64,000 nt of DNA from Gemmatimonadota bacterium (GTDB lineage: Bacteria; Gemmatimonadota; Gemmatimonadetes; Longimicrobiales; Gaopeijiaceae), in assembly GCA_039589315.1 (NCBI GenBank), contig JBDHHQ010000003.1:96001-160000 (forward strand), given 5' to 3'. Shown piece by piece: positions 11,191 through 21,258 of this stretch. How positions within the stretch are numbered: position 1 is the stretch's first letter; every line of letters begins with the position of its first letter. Both the position numbers and the translations under genes were made by a program. The notes beneath the pieces were generated by a model. It had not been told where the DNA came from. It saw only the letters and a program-made list of their open reading frames with translations, and did not search any database.

Positions 11191-13872
11191 CTAGCCGCGG
11201 AGCGCCTCCCGGAGAGCCGCGGCCAGTGTCGACTTCTCGAACGGCTTCTCCACCAGAGCGACCTGGTCGTCCAGCCGCCCTTCACCCGCCAGGACGTCCC
11301 TCGAATAACCGGAGCTGTACAACACCCGCAGTTCGGGCCTGCGCCTGCGGGCCTCGTCGGCGAGCTGGGCCCCGGTGGTCCCGCCCGGTAGCACGAGGTC
11401 GGTGAAGAGCAGGTCCACCTCCGGCTCCCCCTCCAGGATCGCCAGAGCCGCCTCGGCTTCCTCGGCCTCGAAGGTGTCGTAGCCGAGCCGTTTGATCAGT
11501 CGGACAACGAGACGCCGCACGTCCGGGTCGTCTTCCACCACCAGGATCACCGCGTCGCCATCCGACGCCTCGGCGACGGGAGCGACCGGGAGAGAGACGG
11601 TGGACCGACTGCCCCCCGCCCGGGGCATGTAGAGACGGACGGTGGTCCCCAGCCCCGGCTCGCTCTCGATGGAAATGTGCCCCCCCGACTGGCTGACGAA
11701 TCCGTACACCATGCTCAACCCGAGACCGCTTCCCTTGCCCACCTCCTTGGTGGTGAAGAAGGGCTCGAAGGCGTGCTCGAGGATCTCCGAAGGCATCCCG
11801 GCCCCGTCGTCCTTCACCTCCAGCAGGACGTACTCGCCCGCTGGAGCGCCGCCCGACAGAGTCTGTCCGTCGTCCAGTACGGCGTTCGACGCGCGGATTT
11901 CCAACCGTCCGCCCCGCGGCATGGCGTCCCGGGCGTTCAGCACCAGGTTCAGGATCGCGTTCTCCATCTGGGGGCGGTCCGCGCGCAGCGTCCAGAGGTC
12001 CGCGGCGACGCTGGACCGCACGTCGATGGCCTCCCGCAGACTGGCGGTGAGCAGATCCTGCATCTCGGTGAGCAGCGCGCCCAGGTCCACGACGGTGGGC
12101 CGGAGCGTCTGACGCCTGGAAAAAGCCAGGAGGCGCTGGGTCAGGGTGGCGCCGCGCCGCGTGGCATCCATGGCCGCCTCCAACGCGCTCAACGCCTTGT
12201 GTCCCTCTCCGAGGTCGGCCCTCACGAGCTCCAACCCGCCCATGATGACCGTCATGAGGTTGTTGTAGTCGTGCGCCACGCCGCCGGTCAGCTGGCCGAC
12301 CACCTCCATCTTCTGGGACTGCCGCAGCTGGTCCTCGGTATGCCGGCGTCGCGTGATGTCCTCGATGACGAAGACGAAGTAGGCCGGCTCCCCCCCTTCG
12401 TCGCGCAGGAGCGCGACGGTCAAGTTGCCCCAGACGGTGCCGCCGTCCTGTCGCAAGTATCGTTTCTCCATGCTGAACGACTCCAGCTCCCCCGCCAGGA
12501 CCCGCCTGAGACGCTCAGCGGTCTCGCCCCTGTCTTCCGGGTGCGTGAAGGATTCGTAAGGGACGTTCAGCAGATCGGCCCGATCGTAGCCGAGTATCTC
12601 CGCGCCGCGCTTGTTGACCCTGAGGAGGCGGCCGTCCACATCGACGTGCGCGATCCCTACCGCCGCCTGCTCGAAGGTGCTCCTGAACCGCACCTCGCTC
12701 TCCCGCATGGCCTCCTCGGCCACGACTCTGTCCGTCAGGTCGGTCGCCACGCCGGTGACGCCGGTGACGTCACCGGCCTCGTCGACGATCGGGGTATAGG
12801 CCGTCTCCCAGACCAACTCCCCCACACGGACCGTCGCCTTCACGACCTCGCCGTCCAAGGCACGGCGAATCTCGTCCCGGATCCCGGGGTACAGATCGAA
12901 GGCCGATTGTCCCACCACCTGACCCGGCTCCAACCCCAGCGCCTCCAGTCCCTGGCCCTCCGAGAGGGTGAACCGGCCGTCCCGGTCCAAGGCGAAGAAG
13001 ACGATGGGTGCGTTGGACACGATGGTGGCGATCCAGGTCTCCGCCCGCCGCAGCTCGTCCTCGGTGAGACGACGCGCGGCCTCCACGGTCGAGAGCACCT
13101 GGGCCTGCCGTCCGTACGTTCCCAGCAGCAGGTCGAGCGCACCCCGGTCCCGGTCCGGGGCATACCCGGGCATGGTGGGCGCGACCCTGACCAGGTACCA
13201 CGCAGCCAGGGGCCAGACGATGACCCCTGCCACCGACTTCTGCACCAAGGTGATCCCGACGGGGTCCAGGAGTCCGCCCCAGCCGAACGCGACGACGCGG
13301 AACGTCAACGTGTCCGTCCACAGGGCCGCCAGCAAAGCCAGGCCCGGGGTGACCCAGGTCGGGGTTCTCGGCAGGAAGTTGGTCACGGTCTGGTAGACCA
13401 CCACGATCGCCGTCAGGCTCAGCGCGAACGCCGCGAGAGAGCCGATCGTGATGGACGGGGACCGGGCCAGGGAGCGGTGGTCCGCCGCGAGACCGGCGAT
13501 GGTGCCGCCGCCGGGCAGGGAGAGGTGGCCGGCCTGGAGAAGCTGAAGGCCCAGCGCCAGCACGCTCACGCCCAGGACGCCGAAGAGGGTGATGCGGGCA
13601 GCGGCCGTGCCCTGGACCACGTAGATGGCGAGCATGCCCAGGAGCGCAGCGGGGACGAGGACCACCGACACGATGATCACGTCGACGCCCGGCAGCGCCT
13701 CGACGAAGACGCCTACGGGGCCGAGCGTGTGCAGGATGGTCACGATGGCCGCCAGGCAGAGCATCAAGGGCGCCAGGCCATATCTGGGACTGAGCCGGTG
13801 CAGCCACAGAACCACGCCGCACAGCACGATCAGATCGACGACGACCAGAAGAATGTTGTTCAAGGCGCTCAT
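11191..13872 (-). CDS. Hybrid sensor histidine kinase: multi-TM input domain, 2 PAS domains, HisKA, HATPase, receiver
   Basis: QKME.VGQLTGGVAHDYNN H-box, NLVLNARDA, FEPFFTTK.VGKGSGLGLS, receiver LVVEDD..DLLFTDLVLP. Confidence 0.95.
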   Translation of the reverse strand: MSALNNILLVVVDLIVLCGVVLWLHRLSPRYGLAPLMLCLAAIVTILHTLGPVGVFVEALPGVDVIIVSVVLVPAALLGMLAIYVVQGTAAARITLFGVLGVSVLALGLQLLQAGHLSLPGGGTIAGLAADHRSLARSPSITIGSLAAFALSLTAIVVVYQTVTNFLPRTPTWVTPGLALLAALWTDTLTFRVVAFGWGGLLDPVGITLVQKSVAGVIVWPLAAWYLVRVAPTMPGYAPDRDRGALDLLLGTYGRQAQVLSTVEAARRLTEDELRRAETWIATIVSNAPIVFFALDRDGRFTLSEGQGLEALGLEPGQVVGQSAFDLYPGIRDEIRRALDGEVVKATVRVGELVWETAYTPIVDEAGDVTGVTGVATDLTDRVVAEEAMRESEVRFRSTFEQAAVGIAHVDVDGRLLRVNKRGAEILGYDRADLLNVPYESFTHPEDRGETAERLRRVLAGELESFSMEKRYLRQDGGTVWGNLTVALLRDEGGEPAYFVFVIEDITRRRHTEDQLRQSQKMEVVGQLTGGVAHDYNNLMTVIMGGLELVRADLGEGHKALSALEAAMDATRRGATLTQRLLAFSRRQTLRPTVVDLGALLTEMQDLLTASLREAIDVRSSVAADLWTLRADRPQMENAILNLVLNARDAMPRGGRLEIRASNAVLDDGQTLSGGAPAGEYVLLEVKDDGAGMPSEILEHAFEPFFTTKEVGKGSGLGLSMVYGFVSQSGGHISIESEPGLGTTVRLYMPRAGGSRSTVSLPVAPVAEASDGDAVILVVEDDPDVRRLVVRLIKRLGYDTFEAEEAEAALAILEGEPEVDLLFTDLVLPGGTTGAQLADEARRRRPELRVLYSSGYSRDVLAGEGRLDDQVALVEKPFEKSTLAAALREALRG

Positions 13873-14001
13873 AGGGAGCCGGCGATCCCGTTGTGGGAGG
13901 GTGACCCAGCGAACGATGGATCGGGCTGGAGGATTTGGAAAGTCCCCGACGCCCGGTGCCGCGCGCCCGCCACGCCGGAAGCTCGGCGGAGGACGCCCGC
14001 G

Positions 14002-14349
14002 CTACCCGTCTTCGCGCTCGACACCCAGGAAGACGTTGACCAGCGAGATCACGAGTGAGCCGAGGAATGCCGACTTGAAGTCCGTCACGGAGAGGGCGCG
14101 CGTGAACGCGTCCGTGAGCATGAGCATCGCTGCGTTGACCACCAGCGAGAAGAGGCCGAGGGTCAGCAGGATGAACGGCAGGGTCAAGATCTTGATCACG
14201 GGCTTCACCAGCGCGTTCACCGCGCTGAGGACCAACGCCACGACCACGACTTCACCGAAGACCGGCGAGAGTTGAATGCCGTTGATCAGCGTCGCGGCCA
14301 GCCAGAGGGCCACGGCGTTGGCGAAGATCCGAAATAGCAGGCTTCTCAT
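14002..14349 (-). CDS. Phage_holin_4_2 / YvlD-like 4-TM membrane protein
   Basis: VNALVKPVIKILTLPFILLTLGLFSLVVNA signature. Confidence 0.85.
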   Translation of the reverse strand: MRSLLFRIFANAVALWLAATLINGIQLSPVFGEVVVVALVLSAVNALVKPVIKILTLPFILLTLGLFSLVVNAAMLMLTDAFTRALSVTDFKSAFLGSLVISLVNVFLGVEREDG

Positions 14350-14401
14350 GAGTCCCTTTGCGTGGCAGGGCGAGCCCCCTGGGCGGAGGCTCACGCGCGC
14401 T

Positions 14402-15298
14402 TCACGGTAAGGCATCCTCGTCCAAGCGCTCCACCGCCGCAAGGATGTCCCCCAGCTTCTGATGAACTCGGCGGAAGCCGAGGTTGCTCACATAGACCTT
14501 GTCCGCGCCGACCCGGCAGAGGGCTCTCAGCGTGCGGGCGCAGATCTCGGTGGGCGTGGCCCCCTCCGCGAACTCCCGGGTCAGCGCGGCCACCGGCACG
14601 GGAAAGAAGGAGCTCAAGCGCTCCAACGTCCGGGGGTTGGCGCTCCGGTAGAAGAAGACTCCGAATGCCGCCGGCATGTCCGGCGCCCGGCTGTGCAACT
14701 CGTTCACGAAGGCTTCGAGGGCCGGCAGGCTGTGGTGCGAAACGACCTGGGTCAGGATGAACTCGGCCTCGAAGTCGCCTCGCGTGACGAAGCCCACCTG
14801 CTCCGCGGGATCGCGGTGAGGATTGGCCCAGCCGCCCAGCACGAGCTCCGGGACCGCCTCGCGGATTCGCTGCCGCAGCTCGTTGGCGTGGGGCAGGCAG
14901 CGTGCCGGTCCAACGGAGGGATCGCCTCCCAACACCGTGAGAGCCGGGAACCCCAGGGACGCCGCTCGACGGGCGAACATGAGGCAGTAGTCGAGGGGGT
15001 GCTTGCAGGTGAGGAAGGGCACCACCTGCTCGAACCCCACCTCGCGGCCCAGATTGTAGCTCAGGTGTGTCAGGCTCTCCTCTTCCTGCGCGCCGACTGC
15101 GTTGTCGGTGAGGAAGACCGGTGTGCCGTTCCGGGTCAGATGCCGGAGGGAGTGCCGCATGTCGATCCAGACGTCCATGCCCTCCTCGAGGGAGAGCCGG
15201 CTCTTGGGCGGACGCAGCTCCACCGAGGTCATGGGCCCGGGTTCCCGGAGACGCGTGAGCACCGGAGACGTGCGCCGCACCTCACCGCCACCGCTCAA
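14402..15298 (-). CDS. Divergent methylenetetrahydrofolate reductase-like (MetF-fold) protein
   Basis: SVELRPPK, FLTDN, PFLTCK, TVLGGD, GGWANP, FILTQV motifs in MTHFR order. Confidence 0.7.
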   Translation of the reverse strand: MSGGGEVRRTSPVLTRLREPGPMTSVELRPPKSRLSLEEGMDVWIDMRHSLRHLTRNGTPVFLTDNAVGAQEEESLTHLSYNLGREVGFEQVVPFLTCKHPLDYCLMFARRAASLGFPALTVLGGDPSVGPARCLPHANELRQRIREAVPELVLGGWANPHRDPAEQVGFVTRGDFEAEFILTQVVSHHSLPALEAFVNELHSRAPDMPAAFGVFFYRSANPRTLERLSSFFPVPVAALTREFAEGATPTEICARTLRALCRVGADKVYVSNLGFRRVHQKLGDILAAVERLDEDALP

Positions 15299-16641
15299 GG
15301 TCGTTGCTCGGGAGGACCGACCAGCGCGGCCACGGCCTCGGCCTCGGTCGGTAGCTCACTGGTGAGACGCTCGGGACCGTCCTCGCCGATGAGCACGTCG
15401 TCCTCGATGCGGACGCCCAGGTCGGCGTACGGTCCCGCCCGGTCGCCCACGTGAGGGGGGAAGTAGAGGCCTGGCTCCACCGTGAGCACCATACCCGGCT
15501 CCAACAGCCTGCTCGAGCCGTCGTTCGCGTAGTCGCCGACGTCATGCACTTCCAGCCCCAGCCAGTGACCGGTCTGGTGTGGATAGAAGGCTCGATAGTC
15601 CTCCGATGCCACGATCTGGTCCACCGACTCGGCGAGCACCCGCAGGTCTCTCAAGCCCTCGGCTATCACGCCGACCGCCGCGTCGTGGACGCCGGCCACG
15701 GGCGCCCCGGGCCGCGCCGCCTCGATGGCCGCACGGCGCGCTCGGTCGACGACGTCGTACACGTCGCGCTGCCGCGACGAGAAGGAGCCGGACACGGGAA
15801 ACGTGCGGGTGATGTCGGCCGAATAGTGGTCCACCTCCGCGCCGGCGTCCACAAGGAGCAAGTCACCGGCGGACAGCCGCGCGCGATTGGCCACGTAGTG
15901 CAGCACGCACGCGTTCCCGCCAGAGGCGACGATGCTGGCGAACGCGGGGCCTTCGCCGCCTCCCGCCCGAAAGCGCCCGTCCAGAAGCGCCTCCAGCTCC
16001 CACTCCCCCACACCCGGTGCCGTAGCCTCGGCCAACCGACGGAAGCCCTCGACGGTAAGGGACGCAGCCCGGCGGATGCAGTCCAGCTCCTTCGGGTCCT
16101 TGTGGACGCGTAGCTCGCTCAGGATCTCGCCGGGGTCCACCACCGACCGCGGTCCCTGGCCCTTGCGGGCGCCACGACGCCGAGACCAACGCAGCGCTTC
16201 GACGACGAGCCGCTCCACGCGCTCCTGGCCCCCCAGGCGGTAATTCACCCTGCGAGCACCGTGGAGCAGCCCGGGCAGTCGCTCTTCCAGCTCGGCCAGG
16301 GGAAAGGCGGCGTCCGCGCCGAACGCGTCACGAGCGGCCTCCGGCCCCAGACGAGTACCCGACCACTGCTCGGCCTCGGCATCCCGCTCCCGGACGAAGA
16401 GCACGAATCGCTCCTCGTCGGCGTGGTCCCTCAGGACCGCGACGACGCCCGGCTCCTCCATCCCCGTGACGTAGAGCAGCTCACTGTCCGGCCGGTACCG
16501 GTACTCGGAGTCCCCGGAACGGAACTTCACGGGGGAAGCCGGCAACACCATGGCGCCGCCGTCCAGACGCTCGAAGACCCGGTTCCTTCGGCCGGAGAAC
16601 GTCTCGGCGTCGAAGCCGGCCCGGAAATGCTCCAGTCCCAT
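15295..16641 (-). CDS. pepP: Xaa-Pro aminopeptidase (M24B)
   Basis: AMP_N domain; LHY, DAGAE..YSADITRT, GHWLGLEVHDVG, TVEPGLY, GVRIEDD. Confidence 0.93.
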   Translation of the reverse strand: MGLEHFRAGFDAETFSGRRNRVFERLDGGAMVLPASPVKFRSGDSEYRYRPDSELLYVTGMEEPGVVAVLRDHADEERFVLFVRERDAEAEQWSGTRLGPEAARDAFGADAAFPLAELEERLPGLLHGARRVNYRLGGQERVERLVVEALRWSRRRGARKGQGPRSVVDPGEILSELRVHKDPKELDCIRRAASLTVEGFRRLAEATAPGVGEWELEALLDGRFRAGGGEGPAFASIVASGGNACVLHYVANRARLSAGDLLLVDAGAEVDHYSADITRTFPVSGSFSSRQRDVYDVVDRARRAAIEAARPGAPVAGVHDAAVGVIAEGLRDLRVLAESVDQIVASEDYRAFYPHQTGHWLGLEVHDVGDYANDGSSRLLEPGMVLTVEPGLYFPPHVGDRAGPYADLGVRIEDDVLIGEDGPERLTSELPTEAEAVAALVGPPEQRP

Positions 16642-16661
16642 GCCCAATCCAGACCCGTCGT

Positions 16662-18776
16662 TCAGCGGGAGGCGGTCACCGCCTCCGCCTCATCGATGAG
16701 GAAGTGGACCAACCAGCTCCGGATCCTCTCCAGGCGATCGACCAGGAGCCACGGCTCGCCGGTACGCGAGAGGCCATGCGAGGACCGCGGGTATCGCACC
16801 AGCTCGGCGGGGATGCCCCGCTTCCTCAGCGACAGGTACCACTGCTCCGCGTCCTGCATGGGCGTCCTGTAGTCTTCCTCGCTGTGGATGACCAGCGTGG
16901 GCGCGGTGACGTTCTCCACGTAGGAGATGGGCGAGAGTCTGCGGTACAGGGCCCGCTGCTCCCAGGGCGCACCACCGAACTCGAACTCGGTGAGACCCGG
17001 CACGTCACTGGTCCCCCACCAGCTTTCCCAGTTCGAGATGGACCGGGAGGTCACAGCGGCGCTGAAGCGGTCGGTCGTGGCCGTGAGCCAGTTGGTCATG
17101 AATCCCCCGTAGCTCCCGCCGGCCACGCCCAGGCGGCCCGGATCCACCTCGGGATAGCGGGCGAGGGCCGCGTCGAGCCCTGTGAGAAAGTCCTCCCGAT
17201 CCAGGATTCCCCATTGACCCCTCGTGGCATGCTCGAAGGCGTTGCCGTAGCCCGACGAACCGCGGGGGTTCGTGTAGAGGACGAAGAAACCCGCCGCAGA
17301 GAGCACGTGAAAGGTCGGAAAGAACCTGTTGCCGTAGGCCGAGTGCGGTCCGCCGTGGATCTTGAGCACCAGAGGATAACGTCCGCCGGCCTCGAAGCCG
17401 ACCGGCTTGATGATCCACCCCTCGATCTGGGCGCCATCCTGCACGGTCCAGGTGATCCGCTCGGCATCCATCAGCGCGAGCTCATTGGCCAAGGCGTCGT
17501 TGAAGGCCGTCGCCTGAACCTCCTCCGTCCCGTCACCCCGGGCCACGAACAGCTCGACAGGAGAGGTGACGTCGGTCGCCGCGTACGCGAGGACGGCCCC
17601 GTCCCGGCTGAAGGACAGATCACGGAGCTGTCGGTCGCCGTCCGTGATCTGTTGCACCCCCCCACCCGAGGCGGCCATCCGGAACGCATGGGCGTTGCCG
17701 CCGATCCTCGCGCCCCAGGTGAACGCGAGTCCGTCGGCGCTCCACTGTACGGGACCCGGCTCGAGGGGCCAATCCTCGGTGACGTTCGTGGGTACGCCGC
17801 GGGTCGTCCCGTCGGGGCCCAGCTCTGCCACCCAGACGTCGGTCTCGGCGCCCCGCTGCGACGTGGTCAGCCAGGCCAGCCGCGTCCCGTCCGGAGAGAC
17901 CGCGGGCGATCGCTGTGAGCCCGGGGCGTCGGCGACTCGGCGGGCTGATCCACCCGCCGCCGAAACGACCCAGAGGTCGACGTCGGGCTCGGCACGGTAT
18001 CCGTCGTCCTCCAGCTCGTCGCCCGCGAAGTAGACATGCAGGCTGTTGCCCGCCCAGGTGACGTCCTCGACGTCGAACGGTCCTCGGGTCAGCTGCCGTG
18101 ACTCGCCGCCCTCCGAGGAAACCACGAACAGCTGGCGCTTCCCTCGCGCGGACCGGTCAGGCAGAAGGCCAGCGGTCCCATCCCGCTTGTACCGCAGAGA
18201 CGTGATGACCCGTCCGTCGAAGCGACCCGCGTCCAGCGTCCGGGTCACGGCGTCCCCCGCGATCCACCCCTCCCGCTCGGACTCGGCGTCACCCGATCCC
18301 TCCGGCACTCGGGTGAACGCGATCCTGGACCCGTCTGGCGACCATACGGGGGAGCCGTCCACACCCGCGATGTGGAAGGCCTCTCCGACGGCTGCCGCAT
18401 CCATCCGCAGGAACCAGACGTCGTTGGGGTCGTCGCCGCGCTGCGACTTGAAGGACAACATGGCACCGTCCGGCGACCACACCGGATCGGAGGACTCCTC
18501 CGTGGGCGAGGTGAGGCGGAAGGGTCCGCCCGACGGTCGCCCGGCGTCCAGGCCCTGGAGCCAGATCTCCCTGTGGCGGCGGTTCTCCTCCTCGAGGACG
18601 GTGGTCAGGGTGAACGCCACCATGTCTCCGGAGGGAGCCACGGCCACCTGGTCCACCCGGGACAGCCGGTAATAGTCGGCCGGCGCGAAGCCCCGTGCCT
18701 GACCGGCGACGGGGGTCACGAGCACAATGGCGAGGAGGGAGGCAGCGCACGCCCCCCTCACACTGCGGTAGTCCAT
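16662..18776 (-). CDS. S9 family (prolyl oligopeptidase/acylaminoacyl) peptidase, exported
   Basis: Signal peptide; WSPDG propeller repeats; IHGGPH, GGSYGG nucleophile, EEDYR, SHG. Confidence 0.93.
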   Translation of the reverse strand: MDYRSVRGACAASLLAIVLVTPVAGQARGFAPADYYRLSRVDQVAVAPSGDMVAFTLTTVLEEENRRHREIWLQGLDAGRPSGGPFRLTSPTEESSDPVWSPDGAMLSFKSQRGDDPNDVWFLRMDAAAVGEAFHIAGVDGSPVWSPDGSRIAFTRVPEGSGDAESEREGWIAGDAVTRTLDAGRFDGRVITSLRYKRDGTAGLLPDRSARGKRQLFVVSSEGGESRQLTRGPFDVEDVTWAGNSLHVYFAGDELEDDGYRAEPDVDLWVVSAAGGSARRVADAPGSQRSPAVSPDGTRLAWLTTSQRGAETDVWVAELGPDGTTRGVPTNVTEDWPLEPGPVQWSADGLAFTWGARIGGNAHAFRMAASGGGVQQITDGDRQLRDLSFSRDGAVLAYAATDVTSPVELFVARGDGTEEVQATAFNDALANELALMDAERITWTVQDGAQIEGWIIKPVGFEAGGRYPLVLKIHGGPHSAYGNRFFPTFHVLSAAGFFVLYTNPRGSSGYGNAFEHATRGQWGILDREDFLTGLDAALARYPEVDPGRLGVAGGSYGGFMTNWLTATTDRFSAAVTSRSISNWESWWGTSDVPGLTEFEFGGAPWEQRALYRRLSPISYVENVTAPTLVIHSEEDYRTPMQDAEQWYLSLRKRGIPAELVRYPRSSHGLSRTGEPWLLVDRLERIRSWLVHFLIDEAEAVTASR

Positions 18777-19107
18777 CGGGTCTCCGGATTGCAGGTCGAC
18801 GGCGGGCGGCGGGCCCGCACGTTCGCTGCCGACCGGATGGCCCTCGTTGCCGTGCCTGGACGGCCGGAAGCGGGTGGAACTTATCCGTTTTCAGGGGTCG
18901 GCCTCAAGGCGCCGGCGCCGGCGGGGCACGACGGTCGTGGCGAGTCTGGGCGAGCGGAGCCCGTGCCGGGTTCCGCTCTCGGCTCGGCACGCGTTATCGT
19001 GTGCGGGCCCGCGGGGGTCTTGTGCGGGTCCGCCGGACCGGATGTGAGCCCGCGGCGCAGCGGCCGGCGGTCCTGCTCGAGTAGCCGCGGAAGAGCGAGG
19101 AGAGACT

Positions 19108-21228
19108 TTGCGGAGCGCCGTGATCATCGGGGCCGGGCTCGTCCTGTCGGCAACCGCCCCCCTGCTCCCGAGCGCGGGGCCCGTTCGTGCTCAGGAACCC
19201 GCGCCGGACAGCCTTCCTCCGGTCACCGTCGACACCTTGGTCGTTCAGGTGCTTCGCACCCCGGTGGAGCTGGGCAACGTGCCCTTCTCCGTGTCCACCG
19301 CCGGAGTCGAAACCCTGCGGAGGGGCAAGGCCGGAGTCTCACTCGAGGAAGCCCTGCAGGCAGTCCCCGGCGTCCAGCTCCAGAACCGCTACAACTACTC
19401 GACGGGAGAGCGGGTCGCGGTGCGGGGCCTGGGCGCCCGCGCCCAGTTCGGCGTCCGTGGTCTCAAGGTGCTGATCGACGGGATTCCAGCTACGCTACCG
19501 GACGGCCAGTCCACCCTCGATCACCTGGACCTGGGCTCGTTGGGCCGGGCGGAGATCCTGCGGGGACCCGCATCGGCCCTGTACGGCAACGCCTCCGGGG
19601 GGGTGCTGTCGTTCTCCACTGCGCCACCCCCGACCACCCCGTTTCGCCCCGACGTGCTGATCGTCGGCGGAAGCGACGGACTGTTTCGGCTGCAGGGTAC
19701 CGCGGCCGGGACGGCCGGTGCCACGCGGTACCTGGCCAACGTGGCGTGGCTCGGCTACGACGGATTCCGTACCAACCCCCTGGAGCCGGAGGGCCAACCC
19801 TACAGCCGCGCGGAACGCCTGAACGTCAATGGCCAGCTCTCGTGGAACGTCTGGGGCGGCAGGCTCGGCCTGACGGTCAACGCCCTTCGCCTGGATGCCG
19901 AGAACCCAGGGTCGCTGTCGGATTCGCTGCTCGCGGTGGGAGATCGCGAGGCGTTCCGTTTCAACGTCATTCAGCAGACCCGGAAGGAGGTGAGCCAGGG
20001 CCAGGCCGGCGTGAGCTGGGAGGGTCCGGTGGGCTCGCTTCGGGGCCAGATCACCGCGTACGGCATCACGCGAACGCTGGACAACCCAATCCCGCCGGTG
20101 GTGATCGACCTCGGTCGTCTGGCGGGAGGAGTGAGAGCCACCCTGGGGAGCGGCTCGGTGCGGTCGGAGGAGCGGGCCGGTTGGCTCGTCGGCGCCGACC
20201 TCGAGCTCCAGCGCGACGACAGGCTCAACTACGACAACGACGGCGGCGAGCGAGGCGAGGTCGTATTGGACCAGCTCGAGCGCGTGCGGGGGGTGGGTGT
20301 CTTCGCCCAGGGAGGCCTGGGAGTGGGATCGCGACTCCGTGTGGTCGGCGCCCTCCGTTACGACCGGTCGAGCTTCGAGGCCGACGACCGCCTTCCCGCA
20401 CGCTTTCCCGGACAGGGCCTCGAGGACGCATCCGGTGACCGCACCATGGACGCCCTGAGCCCTTCGGTCGGCATCAGCCTGGACGCCGGATCGGGACAGA
20501 CCGCCTTCGTCAGCGCCTCGTCGCTCTTCGGAACGCCGACGACCACCGAGCTCGCGAACCAGCCGGATGGCTCCCGCGGCTTCAACCAGGAGCTCGACCC
20601 ACAGACGGGCTTCACGCTGGAAGCCGGTGCGCGGGGGCGCTTGGGTGGGTCGGCCGGATACGAGATCGCCTTCTTCCGCACGCAGCTCGAGGGCGAGCTC
20701 ATTCCGTTCGAGTCGCCGGACCAGCCGGGCCGGACCTTCTTCCAGAACGCGGGATCGTCTCGGTACCGAGGCGTGGAGGCCTCTCTGTTCGGCTCCGCGG
20801 GTAGGGGAGTGAGCGGGAGGGTCACCTATACGTTCACGGACGCCGAGTTCGAGGACTACGTGGTCGACGGCGAAGATCTGCGCGGCAACAAGATCCCGGG
20901 TCAGGCTCCGCACCGAGTGGAGGCCCTGCTACGCATCGATCAGGGGAGGGGCTATGGCGAGCTCCGGTATCTCTTCATGGACGCAATCCCGGTGAATGAC
21001 CGGAACACGGCGTCTTCCGACGGCTACGGTCTCGTGGACCTTCGGGGGGGATTCGCCGACCTGGCCCTTGGCCGGCTGGTGCTGTCGCCCTTCGTGGGGG
21101 TGAACAACCTGTTCGACGAGACCTACGTGGCGTCCGTGGTGGTCAACGCGTTCGGCGGCCGGTTCTTCGAGCCGGGCCCCACCCGGACCCTCTACGTGGG
21201 CCTGTCGGCCGGCTGGCCGGGAGGCTGA
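19108..21228 (+). CDS. TonB-dependent receptor
   Basis: Signal peptide; plug (VRGLG..IDGIP, EILRGPASALYGNASGGV); C-terminal VNNLFDETY..PGPTRTLYVG. Confidence 0.92.
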   Translation: MRSAVIIGAGLVLSATAPLLPSAGPVRAQEPAPDSLPPVTVDTLVVQVLRTPVELGNVPFSVSTAGVETLRRGKAGVSLEEALQAVPGVQLQNRYNYSTGERVAVRGLGARAQFGVRGLKVLIDGIPATLPDGQSTLDHLDLGSLGRAEILRGPASALYGNASGGVLSFSTAPPPTTPFRPDVLIVGGSDGLFRLQGTAAGTAGATRYLANVAWLGYDGFRTNPLEPEGQPYSRAERLNVNGQLSWNVWGGRLGLTVNALRLDAENPGSLSDSLLAVGDREAFRFNVIQQTRKEVSQGQAGVSWEGPVGSLRGQITAYGITRTLDNPIPPVVIDLGRLAGGVRATLGSGSVRSEERAGWLVGADLELQRDDRLNYDNDGGERGEVVLDQLERVRGVGVFAQGGLGVGSRLRVVGALRYDRSSFEADDRLPARFPGQGLEDASGDRTMDALSPSVGISLDAGSGQTAFVSASSLFGTPTTTELANQPDGSRGFNQELDPQTGFTLEAGARGRLGGSAGYEIAFFRTQLEGELIPFESPDQPGRTFFQNAGSSRYRGVEASLFGSAGRGVSGRVTYTFTDAEFEDYVVDGEDLRGNKIPGQAPHRVEALLRIDQGRGYGELRYLFMDAIPVNDRNTASSDGYGLVDLRGGFADLALGRLVLSPFVGVNNLFDETYVASVVVNAFGGRFFEPGPTRTLYVGLSAGWPGG

Positions 21229-21258
21229 GCGGTAGCGTCGGCACGGCGCCTGCCCGCA

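Noticed and set aside
14002..14349. Prophage indicated by a holin-family gene
   Set aside because: This 4-TM family is common in chromosomes. There is no integrase, endolysin or structural gene nearby.
18777..19107. Cobalamin riboswitch upstream of the TonB-dependent receptor (suggested by nearby metH)
   Set aside because: I could not find the B12-box or the GGGAA..GGTG..AATCC / GCCACTG core motifs, so the receptor is not called BtuB.
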